Assembly (NCBI GenBank): GCA_030141605.1
Contig: JAQGDQ010000682.1
Location: 49,367 to 113,366 of the forward strand
Source of the DNA: Tubiluchus corallicola
Lineage: Eukaryota > Animalia > Priapulida
Direction of reading: 5' to 3'
DNA: 64,000 nucleotides
This document shows, one piece after another, positions 26,769 to 39,340 of the stretch. Under the pieces are notes generated by a model. The model had not been told where the DNA came from. It was given only the letters and a program-made list of their open reading frames with translations, and did not search any database. How positions within the stretch are numbered: position 1 is the stretch's first letter; the number at the start of each line of letters is the position of its first letter. The position numbers were made by a program, and so were the translations under genes.

Positions 26769-27771
26769 ATTATTATATAAACGTGGTTTATTTTTTGCTA
26801 TATTTGATTGGATACTGTTTTTACTTGTGTAATCTAATATTAAATTGTAGTTCAACGTTTTGTAGTGAACATATCAAAGCCAGAAACTTCAAGAGCACAT
26901 AAGGTATTTTATGTTGGTTTTTGGTTGGCCTGTACGTTATGCGGTGGTCTGTCCACCTTGTACACAGCGCCCTGGCAAATTCATTGCTTTTTATCATCTG
27001 TTTTTTGTTATGGCTAATATGAATATATAAATGTCAAATAAAAGATTGTAAAGCTACTGGCGGAATCGAACCTGCGAGCCTCCGCATGAAGAATAGCGCG
27101 TTGCCTGTGATCTATTCTGTGGAGTTAACCTGCTAATGCAGCAGAGTAAAGAACATCACACTATACTCTGTGTACATTTACTATCATAAACAATATTATC
27201 TGAAACGCATAATCTATTCACCCCCCCCCCCCACCCCCCATAAGCTTTATGTTCTTATGGAACCATTAATGCTTTTATTGGTGGCACTTTGTTTAATTTG
27301 TCAGCGGAACCCGCATGAACCAAAATGCATAAACGTGTCTGCAATAACATCCCATAGTGGTTGTACATAATGTAGACCACAAATTGATACACGCTGTTAT
27401 AATATTCTCTAAGACCTCCATTGATTTTGCATAAAGACTACAAAATGATACAAGCGTGCCATAAGATTCTATATTGATTATACATGGACTGCAAGCGTGC
27501 TTTAAGATGCATCTCGCTTGGATGCAATCCGGCGAACATTTCTCCAGTTCATTATGGAACATTAGCTACACATTCATTCGATGTTTCCTTTGCCATTTAG
27601 TAAATTATTATTCCCATGATCAATAGTCTGGTATGTTTCTTTGTGAGATGAATGCGATCAAGTCCAGATCCAGCGATAATATTATTATTTACAGATGCTC
27701 ATTTGATGTGGGAGAACATTAGAGATTACAACCTTACATTGCAGTAGAATACCTAAAATATTGATTGTTAA

Positions 27772-28246
27772 AGAATAAGTGGACAATTGATTGTTCTCAA
27801 TCTCATTTCTAATATTTGAATAATTAGCTTGGAAAGGTAATTAACGGCAGTGGAACACAGCTGTCGCTTACATCACAAACTAACCACAGATTGTACGATG
27901 GTAGGAATCTTCCCCGCGCGTCAAGCACGTTTGTGTGAGCGAACATGTGATGTCATGAGAATGAGCTCTGCGTTACACTGACGTCACTGACGTTACACAG
28001 ACATGAACACAGCAGTTCATTGAACATGCTTATCACGGTACTGTGCCTATTTGTTGGCCACGCGAATGTGACAAAAAGGTGCCATTGCCAGCCTTAGTGG
28101 ATTCGTCGAGCCGCGCGTAGCTTTGAGAGTTTAAAAGTCTGAGGTAATTATTATTTAATCTAAGATTCAAAAGGCTGTTGTAGCTTTCAACATTTTAGAG
28201 CATTCTTTATTTTTAACTAATATCTACAATATAGTCTGGTTTTCCT
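27772..28246 (+). mobile_element. Kolobok-like MITE family A, copy 2 (internal deletion)
   Basis: Shares family-A body; ends tctggttttcct|TTAA. Confidence 0.75.
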
Positions 28247-28519
28247 TTAAAATCTAACTGCAGTGCTGTCTGTTACCCACTATGAGCATTATTGTATTAT
28301 CGAACACATTTAATAAATGTTTCACCTAAATATTATCAGGAAGAAAAATACATGACAAGTTTAATAAAAATAATAAATAAAGTGAAATAATTAAAACTTC
28401 TTATTGCATTTCCTCCCAGATAAAGATTAAGATTTAGAAACTGACATATCTTAAATATCTGGCATGTCTGAAATATCTTGATTATTAGATCTTGAAAGAA
28501 TTAGAGTATAAAAACGTTG

Positions 28520-28800
28520 CTGCGTCAAGAACGAAGAATTTCATTGCTTTAAGTCTGTTACTGGGAAAGTCATCCATTGAAGTTTACATATTTAGCAAGT
28601 TGAAGATTTTCAGTTACTATAAATTCAGTAGAATCAACGGTGAGATGTCTGATTTAATCCTACATGTCAGTAGGGTGACATTACGTGGATTTAGTTTAGT
28701 GACAGGATTAGATGTAGAGCTAATGATGTTGTCAATACCTAAGCCGTATCACTGGTTCAAATTAAGCTACACTAGCATTTCAGGTGGAAAAACGTCTGCA
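28520..28800 (-). mobile_element. Possible decayed LINE APE-endonuclease fragment
   Basis: Minus strand gives IDNII and SDIS motifs with intervening stops. Confidence 0.3.
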
Positions 28801-29066
28801 TAACATTGTAAATAGTTTTTTCTCTGCATCTGATGATTGATTATGCCTAATTAATTATTTTTCTCACTCACATCTGTTGTGGTAATTAAATTTATGATAG
28901 TAATTGTTGGTTGCACCATGCGCTAAATTATAGTTAATAATTACTAGAAGAGATAGTATATTATTTAGTCTAAGATTGTGTTTGATTAGCTACTATTTTG
29001 AGGGGTAATAATGAATTTATGTTAAACCACTGAAATTAGTTTGTTTGCTTGCGGTTTATACACTAG

Positions 29067-29190
29067 TTCAACTTCAGTGGATCGTATTGATTCTCGGTTC
29101 AGCTTCAGTGGATCGTATGGATTCTCGATTCAACTTCAGTGGATCGTATGGATTCTCGATTCAGCTTCAGTGGATCGTATGGATTCTTGG
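29067..29190. repeat. Tandem repeat, 31-bp unit x4
   Basis: cttcagtggatcgtatggattctc repeated. Confidence 0.9.
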
Positions 29191-29285
29191 TTTATAGGAG
29201 TTCACCAGTAGGGCCCCTAAAAAGTGATTTATATCATTAGTGACGTCATGTTGACACAACCAGTGGCACAATGGCAGCCATTATA

Positions 29286-29520
29286 TTATTGTATTGTATT
29301 GTACTGTATTGTATTGTATTGTATTGTATTGTATTGTATTGTATTGTATTGTATTGTATTGTATTGTATTGTATTGTATTGTATTGTATTGTATTGTATT
29401 GTATATTGTATTGTATTGTATTGTATTGTATTGTATTGTATTGTATTGTATTGTATTGTATTGTATTGTATTGTATTGTATTACATTACATTACATTACA
29501 TTACATTATATTATATATTA
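29286..29520. repeat. (TATTG)n microsatellite grading into (TACAT)n
   Basis: Directly visible. Confidence 0.97.
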
Positions 29521-30294
29521 TTGTATTAGATTAATTTCAAGATTATTTATTGTTGGTGTAATAAATGGAGCGTTCGAAACGACATTTTGACGACTGGAGG
29601 AAATTTAAGCACATGCGCAAAGATCATTGGGATGTCTAACAATTTCACATTTCCTTTATTTCTGGACATTTTTGTAAAATTTGATATGTGGAGATGTTCC
29701 TATAGTAACCGCTTTGTTTCGAATACGTCAAAATCTCTCCGAATTCACCTGATTTAGCCACTTCTGAGTTCATTTTCTTCAAGGTAAAGGTGGCCGCCAT
29801 TGTGACACAGATTGTGACGTCATTGGTGCTGTCACAGGAAGGGATTGGTAGGTTTCACCACCGCCTGATTAAGTGAGTTCAAGAGATTATGCTGATTATA
29901 AATGACGATGTTAGGATGTCTAAAATTAACTCTTTCTACCTTAAGCCACACATTTATCATCTCTATTCGTAGATAAATTATCCTGTGTAGGTAAATGAAG
30001 CATAAGTAGCCTGCATGCCATGTCCTTTGCGTAAGAATTCTTTGCTTTTTTACTCTTAGTTACCCCATACAAGCTGTCTGGCACATTATGTTTGTTTGGT
30101 GTGACAAGATATTGTAAAGATAGGCTTAGATGATTTGGTTTCAAAGTCAGCTTGGAACGATATTGTTTTTTTCTCTCTCACTCTCTCTCAATCTCTGTCT
30201 CCCTCCATCCCCTCCCCCCTCTCTCTCATTTGGATGCTATATGAAGATTGTGTGGATTCATGTAAAGATGTGATAAAAGACATGCGGTGGAAGT

Positions 30295-32110
30295 AGTGTG
30301 GAGACGTTCATGTATGGAGCCATGTACTGGTGTGTGTTGAGACGTGCATGGATGGAGCCATGTACTGGTTTGTGTTGAGACGTGCATGTATGGATCCATG
30401 TACTGGTGTGTGGAGACATGAATGTATGGAGCCATGTACTGGTGTGTGTGGAGACGTTCATGTATGGAACCATGTACTGGTGTGTGTTGAGACGTTCATG
30501 GATGGAGCCATGTATTGGTTTGTGTTGAGACGTGCATGTATGGAGCCATGTATTGGTTTGTGTTGAGACGTGCATGTACGGAGCCATGTACTGGTGTGTG
30601 TTGAGACGTGCATGTATGGAGCCATGTATTGGTGTGTGTTGAGACGTGAATGTATGGAGCCATGTATTGGTTTGTGTTGAGACGTGCATGTACGGAGCCA
30701 TGTACTGGTGTGTGTTGAGGCGTGCATGTATGGAGCCATGTACAGGTGTGTGTTGAGACGTGCATGTATGGAGCCATGTACTGATGTGTGTTGAGACGTG
30801 CATGTATGGAGCCATGTATTGGTTTGTGTTGAGACGTGCATGTACGGAGCCATGTACTGGTGTGTGTTGAGACGTGAATGTATGGAGCCATGTATTGGTT
30901 TGTGTTGAGACGTGCATGTATGGAGCCATGTACTGGTGTGTGTTGAGACGTGCATGGATGGAGCCATGTATTGGTGTGTGTTGAGACGTGCATGGATGGA
31001 GCCATGTACTGGTGTGTGTTGAGACGTGCATGGATGGAGCCATGTACTGGTGTGTGTTGAGACGTGCATGTATGGAACCATGTACTGGTGTGTGTTGAGA
31101 CGTGCATGTTAAGACGTGGTGTGGTGTGACGTGAAGGAAATGAGCCATGTAATGGTGTGTGGAGACGTGCTTGGATGGAGCCATGTAGTGGTGTGTGGAG
31201 ACGTGGCTGGATGAAGCCATGCACTGGTGTGTGTTGAGACGTGCATGGATGGAGTCATGTATTGGTGTGTGGAGACGTGGCTGGATGGAGCCATGTACTG
31301 ATGTGTGTTGAGACGTGCATGTATGGAGCCATGTATTGGTTTGTGTTGAGACGTGCATGTACGGAGCCATGTACTGGTGTGTGTTGAGACGTGAATGTAT
31401 GGAGCCATGTATTGGTTTGTGTTGAGACGTGCATGTATGGAGCCATGTACTGGTGTGTGTTGAGACGTGCATGGATGGAGCCATGTATTGGTGTGTGTTG
31501 AGACGTGCATGGATGGAGCCATGTACTGGTGTGTGTTGAGACGTGCATGGATGGAGCCATGTACTGGTGTGTGTTGAGACGTGCATGTATGGAACCATGT
31601 ACTGGTGTGTGTTGAGACGTGCATGTTGAGACGTGGTGTGGTGTGACGTGAAGGAAATGAGCCATGTAATGGTGTCTGGAGACGTGCTTGGATGGAGCCA
31701 TGTAGTGGTGTGTGGAGACGTGGCTGGATGAAGCCATGCACTGGTGTGTGTTGAGACGTGCATGGATGGAGTCATGTATTGGTGTGTGGAGACGTGGCTG
31801 GATGGAGCCAAGTAGTGGTGTGTGGAGACGTGGCTGGATGGAGCCAAGTAGTGGTGTGTGAGACGTGGCTGGATGGAGCCATGTACTGGTGTGTGGAGAC
31901 GTGGCTGGGTGGAGCCAAGTAGTGGTGTGTGGAGGTGTGCGTGGATAAAGCAATGTAGTGGTGTGGTGTGACGTGAAGGGAATGAGCCATGTAATGGTGT
32001 GTGGAGACGTGCTTGGATGGAGCCATGTAGCGGTGTGTGGTGACGTGAAGGGAAAGAGCCATGTAATGGCATGTGAAGACGTGAATGGATGGAGCCATGT
32101 AATGGTGTGG
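30295..32110. repeat. Minisatellite, 38-bp units (36-bp units toward the right end), ~48 copies, with a ~517-bp higher-order duplication
   Basis: gagacgtgcatgtatggagccatgtactggtgtgtgtt; variant block agacgtggtgtggtgtgacgtgaaggaaatgag at ~31112 and ~31629. Confidence 0.95.
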
Positions 32111-33201
32111 AGAACTGGAGCTGTGACAAACCGAGTTCGGTGAACCATACTCATGGATGACAAAGATCTGCGTATGTGTAGTGCGCGTAGATCGTCCATA
32201 CGAGTAACTTGCCTAGATTAGAAATGCTTTACGCTACTCACTGCGCAGTACGGGAAACCTTTGAAGTGAAGAGTGCAGTATTAAGGCAATAATCACGCGG
32301 GAAATCTTTGAAATGCAGAATAACAATATTAAAGTAAAATTATAAGCAGGCAATCAATGAATATTGTTTGCGTTTTCAATCAAACAAAACCGTGAGTTAT
32401 CAACCTGATATAAGAGAGGCAGCTGAAATTTTCCCACTGGGAATCCAACCTTTACAAATCCACGTTAAACAGCTTCGCCGGAAATTAAGCAGCTTTAGCA
32501 GGAAGTTTCCCTAGAGAAGAAAAACCAATTTGTGCAGTTTGTTGTCAGATGAGGTTTTGTTTTGTGGTCACTGGATAACATTTACAAACCTTTACTATGA
32601 AACCAGTTCACATCAGATTGCTGTACATAAAATAATCGAGTCTGCTGGAAATGTATAGATTCTGAAAAAATGTGATATTTTGGGTGGCGAACCCAGATGT
32701 TCTGGGTTCGAATCTCACTAATGTTATTGATTTTTTTTACGTGCATGTGCCACTCGATCTGGACTCTGGCCACCATCGCAGATCTACTCAGTTTTGAGTA
32801 CTTAGTGAATGGAGGTGTTACTCATTTATATGAGGGAGGAGGGAGAGAAGCACCTGAGTGATGGGCTAATCAATTGACTTCCTTGTGCGCAGAGAATTCG
32901 TAAAGAGATTTCGTAATCTTCCGCTCCGCTCGGGACCTGTCTTCTTTTACTTTTTCTCCTCGTCCTTTTCTTTCTTATTTCCATAATATTTATTTTAAGC
33001 CTTAATTCTGCAAAACGTGCTCCATCATTTAGTCTTTTTGGCTTAGAAAGTATTTCATTAGAGGATTGTGATGCCTTAACAGAATGGGTAAATCTTTAAC
33101 CATTATCTTTTTATATAAAGTATTAATAGCAAAAGATGTGCATGAAAAGGCAGGTTGTAGAAATAATCACAGTTTATTGATCAATTAAATTAATGTATTG
33201 A

Positions 33202-33716
33202 AGGAAAACAAGACGATTGTTTAGACTCAATCTCATTTTAATTTACTGTCCAAAATATACATTTTCTTGCCTATAAAAGTTAACAATTGTTCCTTATACT
33301 TGAATAATTATCTCAGAAAGTTAATTAACGGCAACCGAACACACCTATTGCTTACATCAGAAAGTAACCACAGTTTGTGCAATGGCAGGCGTCTTCCTTT
33401 GTGCGTTTGCATAAATGCTAACACTACTGTTTAAACGCATGATGTCACGAAAAATGGGCTTTACATCAAATGACGTCAGAAACTAACACTGCAGTTCATG
33501 ATCATGGTTATCACGGTACCTCTTCTATTCGTCGGCGACGCGAATGTGATAAAAAGGCGCCGCTGCCAATCTTAGTAGATTCACTGAGCCGCGCGTAGCT
33601 TTGAAAGTTTAACAAAATGTGAGTATCCGAGGTAATTATTATTTAATCTGAGCTTTGATTTAAAATAAGCTATTGTAGTTTTGAATATTTTAGAGCAGTC
33701 TTTATTCTGAACTAAT
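33202..33716 (+). mobile_element. Kolobok-like MITE family A, copy 3
   Basis: aggaaaacaagacgattgtttagactc...; high similarity to the reverse complement of 55928-56470; right TIR missing. Confidence 0.8.
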
Positions 33717-34064
33717 AACGCTGAGTTATTGCACCTGGATAACCTGTATTTCAAGTGCACTTTTTATCACCACCCTGTAGGTTGGGTGATCTTATTTGCT
33801 TGAAGATTGGAGTTCAAAATACAAAGTTTGTGTGATAACTGCACGGCGTCGTTGTGTATGTAGACTCAACTGAAACTCGTGCTACTTTTCTCTATAAAAT
33901 TCGTTTATAGTTCAGCAATTTGTTTTATGTATTTTTCATTAAGCAGTTTTAGCTAATCAGTTTGGTTTGCAACAGTTTGTTCATTTTCTTTTCTTTTCAT
34001 TTTTTTCATATATTTGTGTATTGTTTTCTGTGTAGCGTGACGCCGTGACTACTGTACCGTGAAA

Positions 34065-34784
34065 ATGTCTCAGAGCGAAAGAACTGATAGAGCGACAAAC
34101 GCAAAGTCGAAAGAGTTAAACCGGAATGGATTCGTGACGGCGTACCTCGTGCTGTATAACATGGTGATGACTCTTGGTTGGATGTTGCTGGCAGTTCAGA
34201 CACTGGCACATTTTTTAGAGAATGGCAGCTCCACGAAGGGGTTGTACAAACGAATTGAAAAACCTCTGAAGGTATTCCAGACTGCAGCAGTGTTAGAGGT
34301 TGTTCATTGTGCTATTGGTTTTGTCCCGTCTAGTGCAATTCTAACAGCTGCACAAGTTTATTCTCGCGTGTTTCTTGTGTGGGCTCTTGTGGTCAGCGTA
34401 CCGGACGTTCGGACAAGCATAGGCTTACCGATGTGCTTATTTGCCTGGTCCATTACTGAAGTGATCAGGTATCCATTTTATTGGCTCACGTTGCTCGAGT
34501 CGCTGCCGTACGTTGTCCAATGGTGTCGTTACACGTTCTTCATTGTTCTCTACCCCGTCGGTGTATTGGGTGAACTCATCATTGCTGTAAATGCTCTCCC
34601 GTTTATTCACAAGACAAAGTTGTACAGTATAGAGATGCCAAACAGTGCCAATGTTTCATTCAGCTTCTATATTTACGTCATACTCCACTGCGTGTTATAT
34701 ATACCCGTGTTTCCACGACTGTATGGACACATGTTGAAGCAACGGAAAAAGGTGATTGGTGGTCAACCAAGAAAAGAAGATTAG
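34065..34784 (+). CDS. HACD: Very-long-chain (3R)-3-hydroxyacyl-CoA dehydratase, HACD1/2 (PTPLA/Phs1) family, 239 aa, uninterrupted CDS
   Basis: YLVLYN, FQTAAVLEVVH, QVYSRVFLVW, AWSITEVIRYPFY, RYTFFIVLYPVGVLGE (catalytic Tyr and Glu) and HMLKQRKK; polypyrimidine tract and acceptor TGTAG ending at 34035. Confidence 0.96.
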   Translation: MSQSERTDRATNAKSKELNRNGFVTAYLVLYNMVMTLGWMLLAVQTLAHFLENGSSTKGLYKRIEKPLKVFQTAAVLEVVHCAIGFVPSSAILTAAQVYSRVFLVWALVVSVPDVRTSIGLPMCLFAWSITEVIRYPFYWLTLLESLPYVVQWCRYTFFIVLYPVGVLGELIIAVNALPFIHKTKLYSIEMPNSANVSFSFYIYVILHCVLYIPVFPRLYGHMLKQRKKVIGGQPRKED

Positions 34785-35097
34785 GAAAGGGGTTGGAGAA
34801 AAGAACTAGCAGCTTATTATGCTTCTGCAAGAGAGGAAATCTTTCTTTGTGAAATTATTACATGATTGGTGTGGTTAATATTTCAAATTTGAAATTGTAT
34901 GTATGTCCCATTTTTTTCTTGCATTGTATGTGTTTTTGGCACTAATAGATATGAAATATGTACTTTGTGGCAAAAATATGAAATATATTAAAACAATAAC
35001 TAGTTTTGAACTTGTGAGACTGATAATTTTTATTGACAAATTAAATTAACTTTGTGACTTTAATTGTTATACTTCTGGAGTTTTAATGTTTTTGTGA

Positions 35098-35615
35098 CAA
35101 TGGCGGCTCATGGCTAAAATTACTGGGGGCGCTGCAAAGTTAATTTTTAGCCATTGTTTTAGTACTGTGTAAAACAAAACAAACATATGTAATTTTAATG
35201 TTGTAATTATAATTTTATGCAAACAAACTAATTTAAACATAACCTTGATAAACTCCTAATGAAAAATATTGTTTTCGTACGAGTAGCCTAAATTGTCACA
35301 GTCCAAGAATATGCCGACACATGGCTTTTAAGCACGTGACAACAGACAACACGTACTGCAGTGAGCCACAGTACTTTTTCTCTCTAAAGTACAGCGTTTC
35401 ATCTCAGACAGCACATGGCCACATGCGCACAGCAGCCAACCACCGCGTTGCTTGGGCTGTGAAGCAAATATGTTCTTCCCTCACGTGCTCCGGTTCTGCA
35501 CAAGTATGAAGAGAGGACTAAAGAAAAAAAATTATTATATTGAATATTATCGATAATAATGAGTGAAAACAGAGGGCGCTGCAGTACCACAGTACCTATA
35601 CACGAGCCACCACTG
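35098..35615. mobile_element. hAT-like MITE downstream of HACD
   Basis: TIR caatggcggctcatg / cacgagccaccactg; subterminal gggcgctgca near both ends; TSD not clear. Confidence 0.6.
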
Positions 35616-37087
35616 GTTGATAAATAACGTATTTTTACATGTTTGTCTTTTGCTAATGTGCCATGTTCGCCTGTTTTAGAAATTTTGTTGTTGGAAAGTC
35701 ATCTGCAGTCCTCTGTTGTGAGCGTAAATACGCTCTATGCATTTTTAACTGCTAACAGTCTATTGCTGATCTTGATTGTTTTGCAATAAAAAATTTATCT
35801 TCAACATAATTATCACACATTAAAGTGGTTACGTTTCTTGATGTAATAGTCTTTTCTGATGTAGTTTTTTTACGGTAACACGGGCAACAGAAATTGTCCT
35901 GACTTCATTAAATGCAGTGAGTAAATAGAGAAAAACTAAAGATTTTTTTCTTCTTGCAAATAAAATCCGAAGTGCAAATTTCAGATTCTTTAAGAGCACC
36001 ATATTTTGTCACTAAGTGTCGCTAAACATTGCCTGCTGTGTTGAATGAGTCTTTTCATAGCTTCATTGTGCACATGCGCGGTTGAAGTAGATCAAAAGTT
36101 AAGTGTACGTCTGCAGCGCGTTTCAACTACAGCTGTCACATGAAGTGTGGGTAAAGCAAAGCCATGCCACATCAGTTCATTAAGTTCAGTTGTTTTACGT
36201 GGCTTTACTTAATCATGCATTAGTGACTAGTCTGTGCATAGAGTGATTTACTAGCAGGATCTTACTCGAGAACAAGAAAAAATGAACTATTTAAGGTTCT
36301 AGCTAGCTGTTTAAACTGTTAACAGCATGGGCTGCGAGGTCTTGTCAAGTGTACACAAATGCATTGTCCGGTACCCTTAACCTTTGACCTTTCCACGATC
36401 ATCATCAATCACTAGAACTGTGAAAAGACTGAACATTGCCTACTGTGCTGAATTGTTCATGACATTAAACGTTGCCTGCTGTGTTGAATTGTTATGACTT
36501 TTGCATGTTATTGAGAATTACTTGGGGATTTTTGCACTCTACCATCCGAACAATCAGCAATTTCTAAAGGAAATTGACAACAAGTGGAAGAGTTAGAACA
36601 ATAAATCACCACTAGGTGTCAGCTTAGAGGAGACATTTTCAAGTTTTACTGCTTGCAATCCGCAAAGTGCAGAATCCGCTTGTAAATGGGTTTGAGACTT
36701 TAATGCTCCAAAAGCTTGCAGTGTTGCTGATCCCTAGTGCAGTCTAAGAAATTATGAAGCCTATCTTACATTTATAAAAAAGATGTTGACCATACTATAC
36801 ATTATGCAATCTAAAAAGGATTAAAATTCAATTGTCTGAAATTTCAAACATTTACCAAGTGAAGTACCAGTAAGAATCGCCTGAAAGAAAACCTTAATTT
36901 CTTGCATAAAGCCATCTGGCAAACCAAAAAACTTGGATAACTAAAATAAATAAAGATGTTCAACTGTTACCTGCAGATAGGAGTGGGTGGAATACTATAA
37001 TAAAATTTAATGTTAATACCTCAATGTCTACAATAGATGGCATGAGACATTGAAAAAGAAAATCTCATATCCACATCAGATAAACCT

Positions 37088-37313
37088 TTGTAAGTATTTT
37101 ATGTACGTAGTAAGATCTGTGGATAATGGTTATTGTAAGTGTTTTATATACGTAGTAAGATCTGTGGATAATGGTTATTGTAAGTGTTTTATATACGTAG
37201 TAAGATCTGTGGATAATGGTTATTGTAAGTGTTTTATATACGTAGTAAGATCTGTGGATAATGGTTATTGTAAGTGTTTTAGATACGTAGTAAGATCTGT
37301 GGATAATGGTTAT
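37088..37313. repeat. Tandem repeat, 45-bp unit x5
   Basis: tacgtagtaagatctgtggataatggttattgtaagtgtttta repeated. Confidence 0.95.
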
Positions 37314-37534
37314 ATTAGTATTTACAAAAAAAAACAAATTGTTGTATTTGATTTTAAGCAAATAAGTAATTTTGTTTTTTCAACAGTAGTTATGTTATAA
37401 CAATCGATTTAACTTTAATTAAGTATTTGATTGAAGCTTTAATTACTAGCTACCTTTACAAGAAATAACATCATTCACGTTATTCAAATAACATCATTCA
37501 AATTTTAATTTATTGTTTAAGTGATCAAATCAGG

Positions 37535-37775
37535 ATCTCTAGGAACCTATAGTTCTTTAACACTGAAGCGAACATAAACTTGTTGCGTTTCCTATAGGAC
37601 CAGGACCAGGACCAGGGTCACTAGGAACCTATAGTTCTTCAACACTGGAGGGAACATAAATTCACTGCGTTTCCTATAGGACCAGGACCAGGGTCACTAG
37701 GAACCTATAGTTCTTCAACACTGGAGGAAACATAAACTTGTTGCGTTTCCTACTAGGCCAGGCCAGGATCACTAG
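37535..37775. repeat. Tandem repeat, ~76-82-bp unit x3
   Basis: ctaggaacctatagttct..aacactg..tgcgtttccta repeated. Confidence 0.9.
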
Positions 37776-37879
37776 TATTGCATCCTAATTACGTCACTAC
37801 TAATTGCATCACCAATCAACGGGGCAAAATTTATTTTTCGTTGAAACAATGCATCTCGGTGCCCCATGGTCAGATTTAA

Positions 37880-38450
37880 GCATCATGGAAAAGAGTAAAT
37901 ACTTTGGCAACTTGTACCGATATACAAAGAAGGAAAATTCTTGCATTGTCTGCTTATTCAGATCTCACAGCAATTTTTGAAAACAATAGACTTTTTCTTG
38001 AAGTCCAATTCCTTTCAAGTTTACTTCAGCCTGTACAATGCTGAGCTGTGGACAGTAAAAGATAAACAGCAGAAGGAAATTGACGCTTTTCAAAAACGTC
38101 TCTATAGGAAATTACTAAGAATTAAAGGCTTGACAGAATATCCAAAGATGATCAGTATGATGTGGTCAAAAAGAATCCTTGGAGTAAACAAATCCAAGTA
38201 AGAAGTTGCATTGAATTGGGCATTCACTAAGATTGCCTCAAGAGTCTCCTCTTCCTATAGGATTGCGTAAAGCTCTTAGAACGACAAAAAAGAGGAGGTT
38301 AGTTAATGACGAATTTAGATTTTCTGCAAAAACATTTAGCAAATACAACTGTAGATTTAAGAGATGATGCATCGTGAGCGGTGGCAGAGTGTGGCATCAG
38401 CAGGTGGGACGTGTCATGATGTTCTAGAACGTAACAGCACCGAAACGATG
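37880..38450 (+). mobile_element. RTE-clade LINE 3' remnant
   Basis: LYNAELWTVKDKQQKEIDAFQKRLYRKLLRIK..PWSKQI..R.LH.IGHSLRLP; same family inverted at 44945-45500. Confidence 0.75.
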
Positions 38451-38884
38451 AACGACGGGTTCCAAGATTCCTCACTGTGTACCAAACTTGGCACCCAGCC
38501 AACATGTTAAAAGAGGCTGAAATTTAATAACAGCGGCTGTATGTCATCACCGTAATTTATTGTTTAATCTCTCCCCACGTGTCTTTAGGTTAATCAATTA
38601 TGTCTTGCTGGGATCAAATGCGCTTGCATGTTGAAACGTTTATAATTTCTATCATGTTGTAATAAATTACCCTTGCGTTGCGTGTTGATGTACTATTAGC
38701 ATGTGGCAATAAATATTACCCAACATGCATTTATGTTTATCAATAGAATCACATTATTGCGTTTTCCTTTCTTACTCCACGTGTTGAAATTTGAGCAATT
38801 GTGATGGTAACGGAAACGGAGGACTGGCGACCATAATAGAGAAATGGAGCTTTTCAGAGCACCAGCCGCTGCCGTTCACACAAC

Positions 38885-39060
38885 TTGGGCTGGCTGAGTA
38901 GTTTCAGTTTTCATTTAGACCAGACGATTTAGTCGCCCGCTTTTCGTATGGGAGGTCGTGAGATCGATACAGTGGCCGGGTAGTACCAAAGACTGTAAAA
39001 AATGATACCTGCTGTTGCCCTGCCTGGCGCGTGATGTTTAGGGTAAAAGTGGGGTAATAA
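38885..39060 (+). mobile_element. tRNA-derived SINE with Meta/MESC-like central domain
   Basis: Degenerate B-box followed by taccaaagactgtaaaaaatgatacctgctgttgccctgcctggcgc, which I recall as a widespread metazoan SINE core. Confidence 0.5.
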
Positions 39061-39159
39061 TGGTCTCTGTTATGTAGTTGTTGATTGTTATTTACAGTGG
39101 TCCAAAGGCTCTTTAGAGTTTATAATAATTGTGAATCCAAAATGCCGAATTTAAACAAA

Positions 39160-39207
39160 GATTATTATTATTGTTGTTGTTGTTGTCGTCGTCGTCGTCG
39201 TCGTTAC

Positions 39208-39255
<48 letters not shown>

Positions 39256-39340
39256 CATCATCATCATCATCGTCGTCTTCGTCGTCGTCTTCGTCGTCGT
39301 CGTCGTCATCATCATCATCATCATCATCATTATTAATAAT
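39160..39340. repeat. Compound trinucleotide microsatellite (TAT/TGT/CGT/CAT)
   Basis: Directly visible. Confidence 0.97.

Noticed and set aside
25166-26902. 578-aa and 532-aa repetitive ORFs
   Set aside because: The unit is a multiple of 3 and open in two frames; no signal peptide, unique domain or convincing gene structure.
27293-27562. 89-aa Cys-rich ORF
   Set aside because: No signal peptide, family motif or splice support that I can identify.
27695-27750. Possible K2P exon 2 after ttacag|ATGCTC
   Set aside because: In phase it reads DAHLMWENIRDYNLTLQ* with no K2P similarity.
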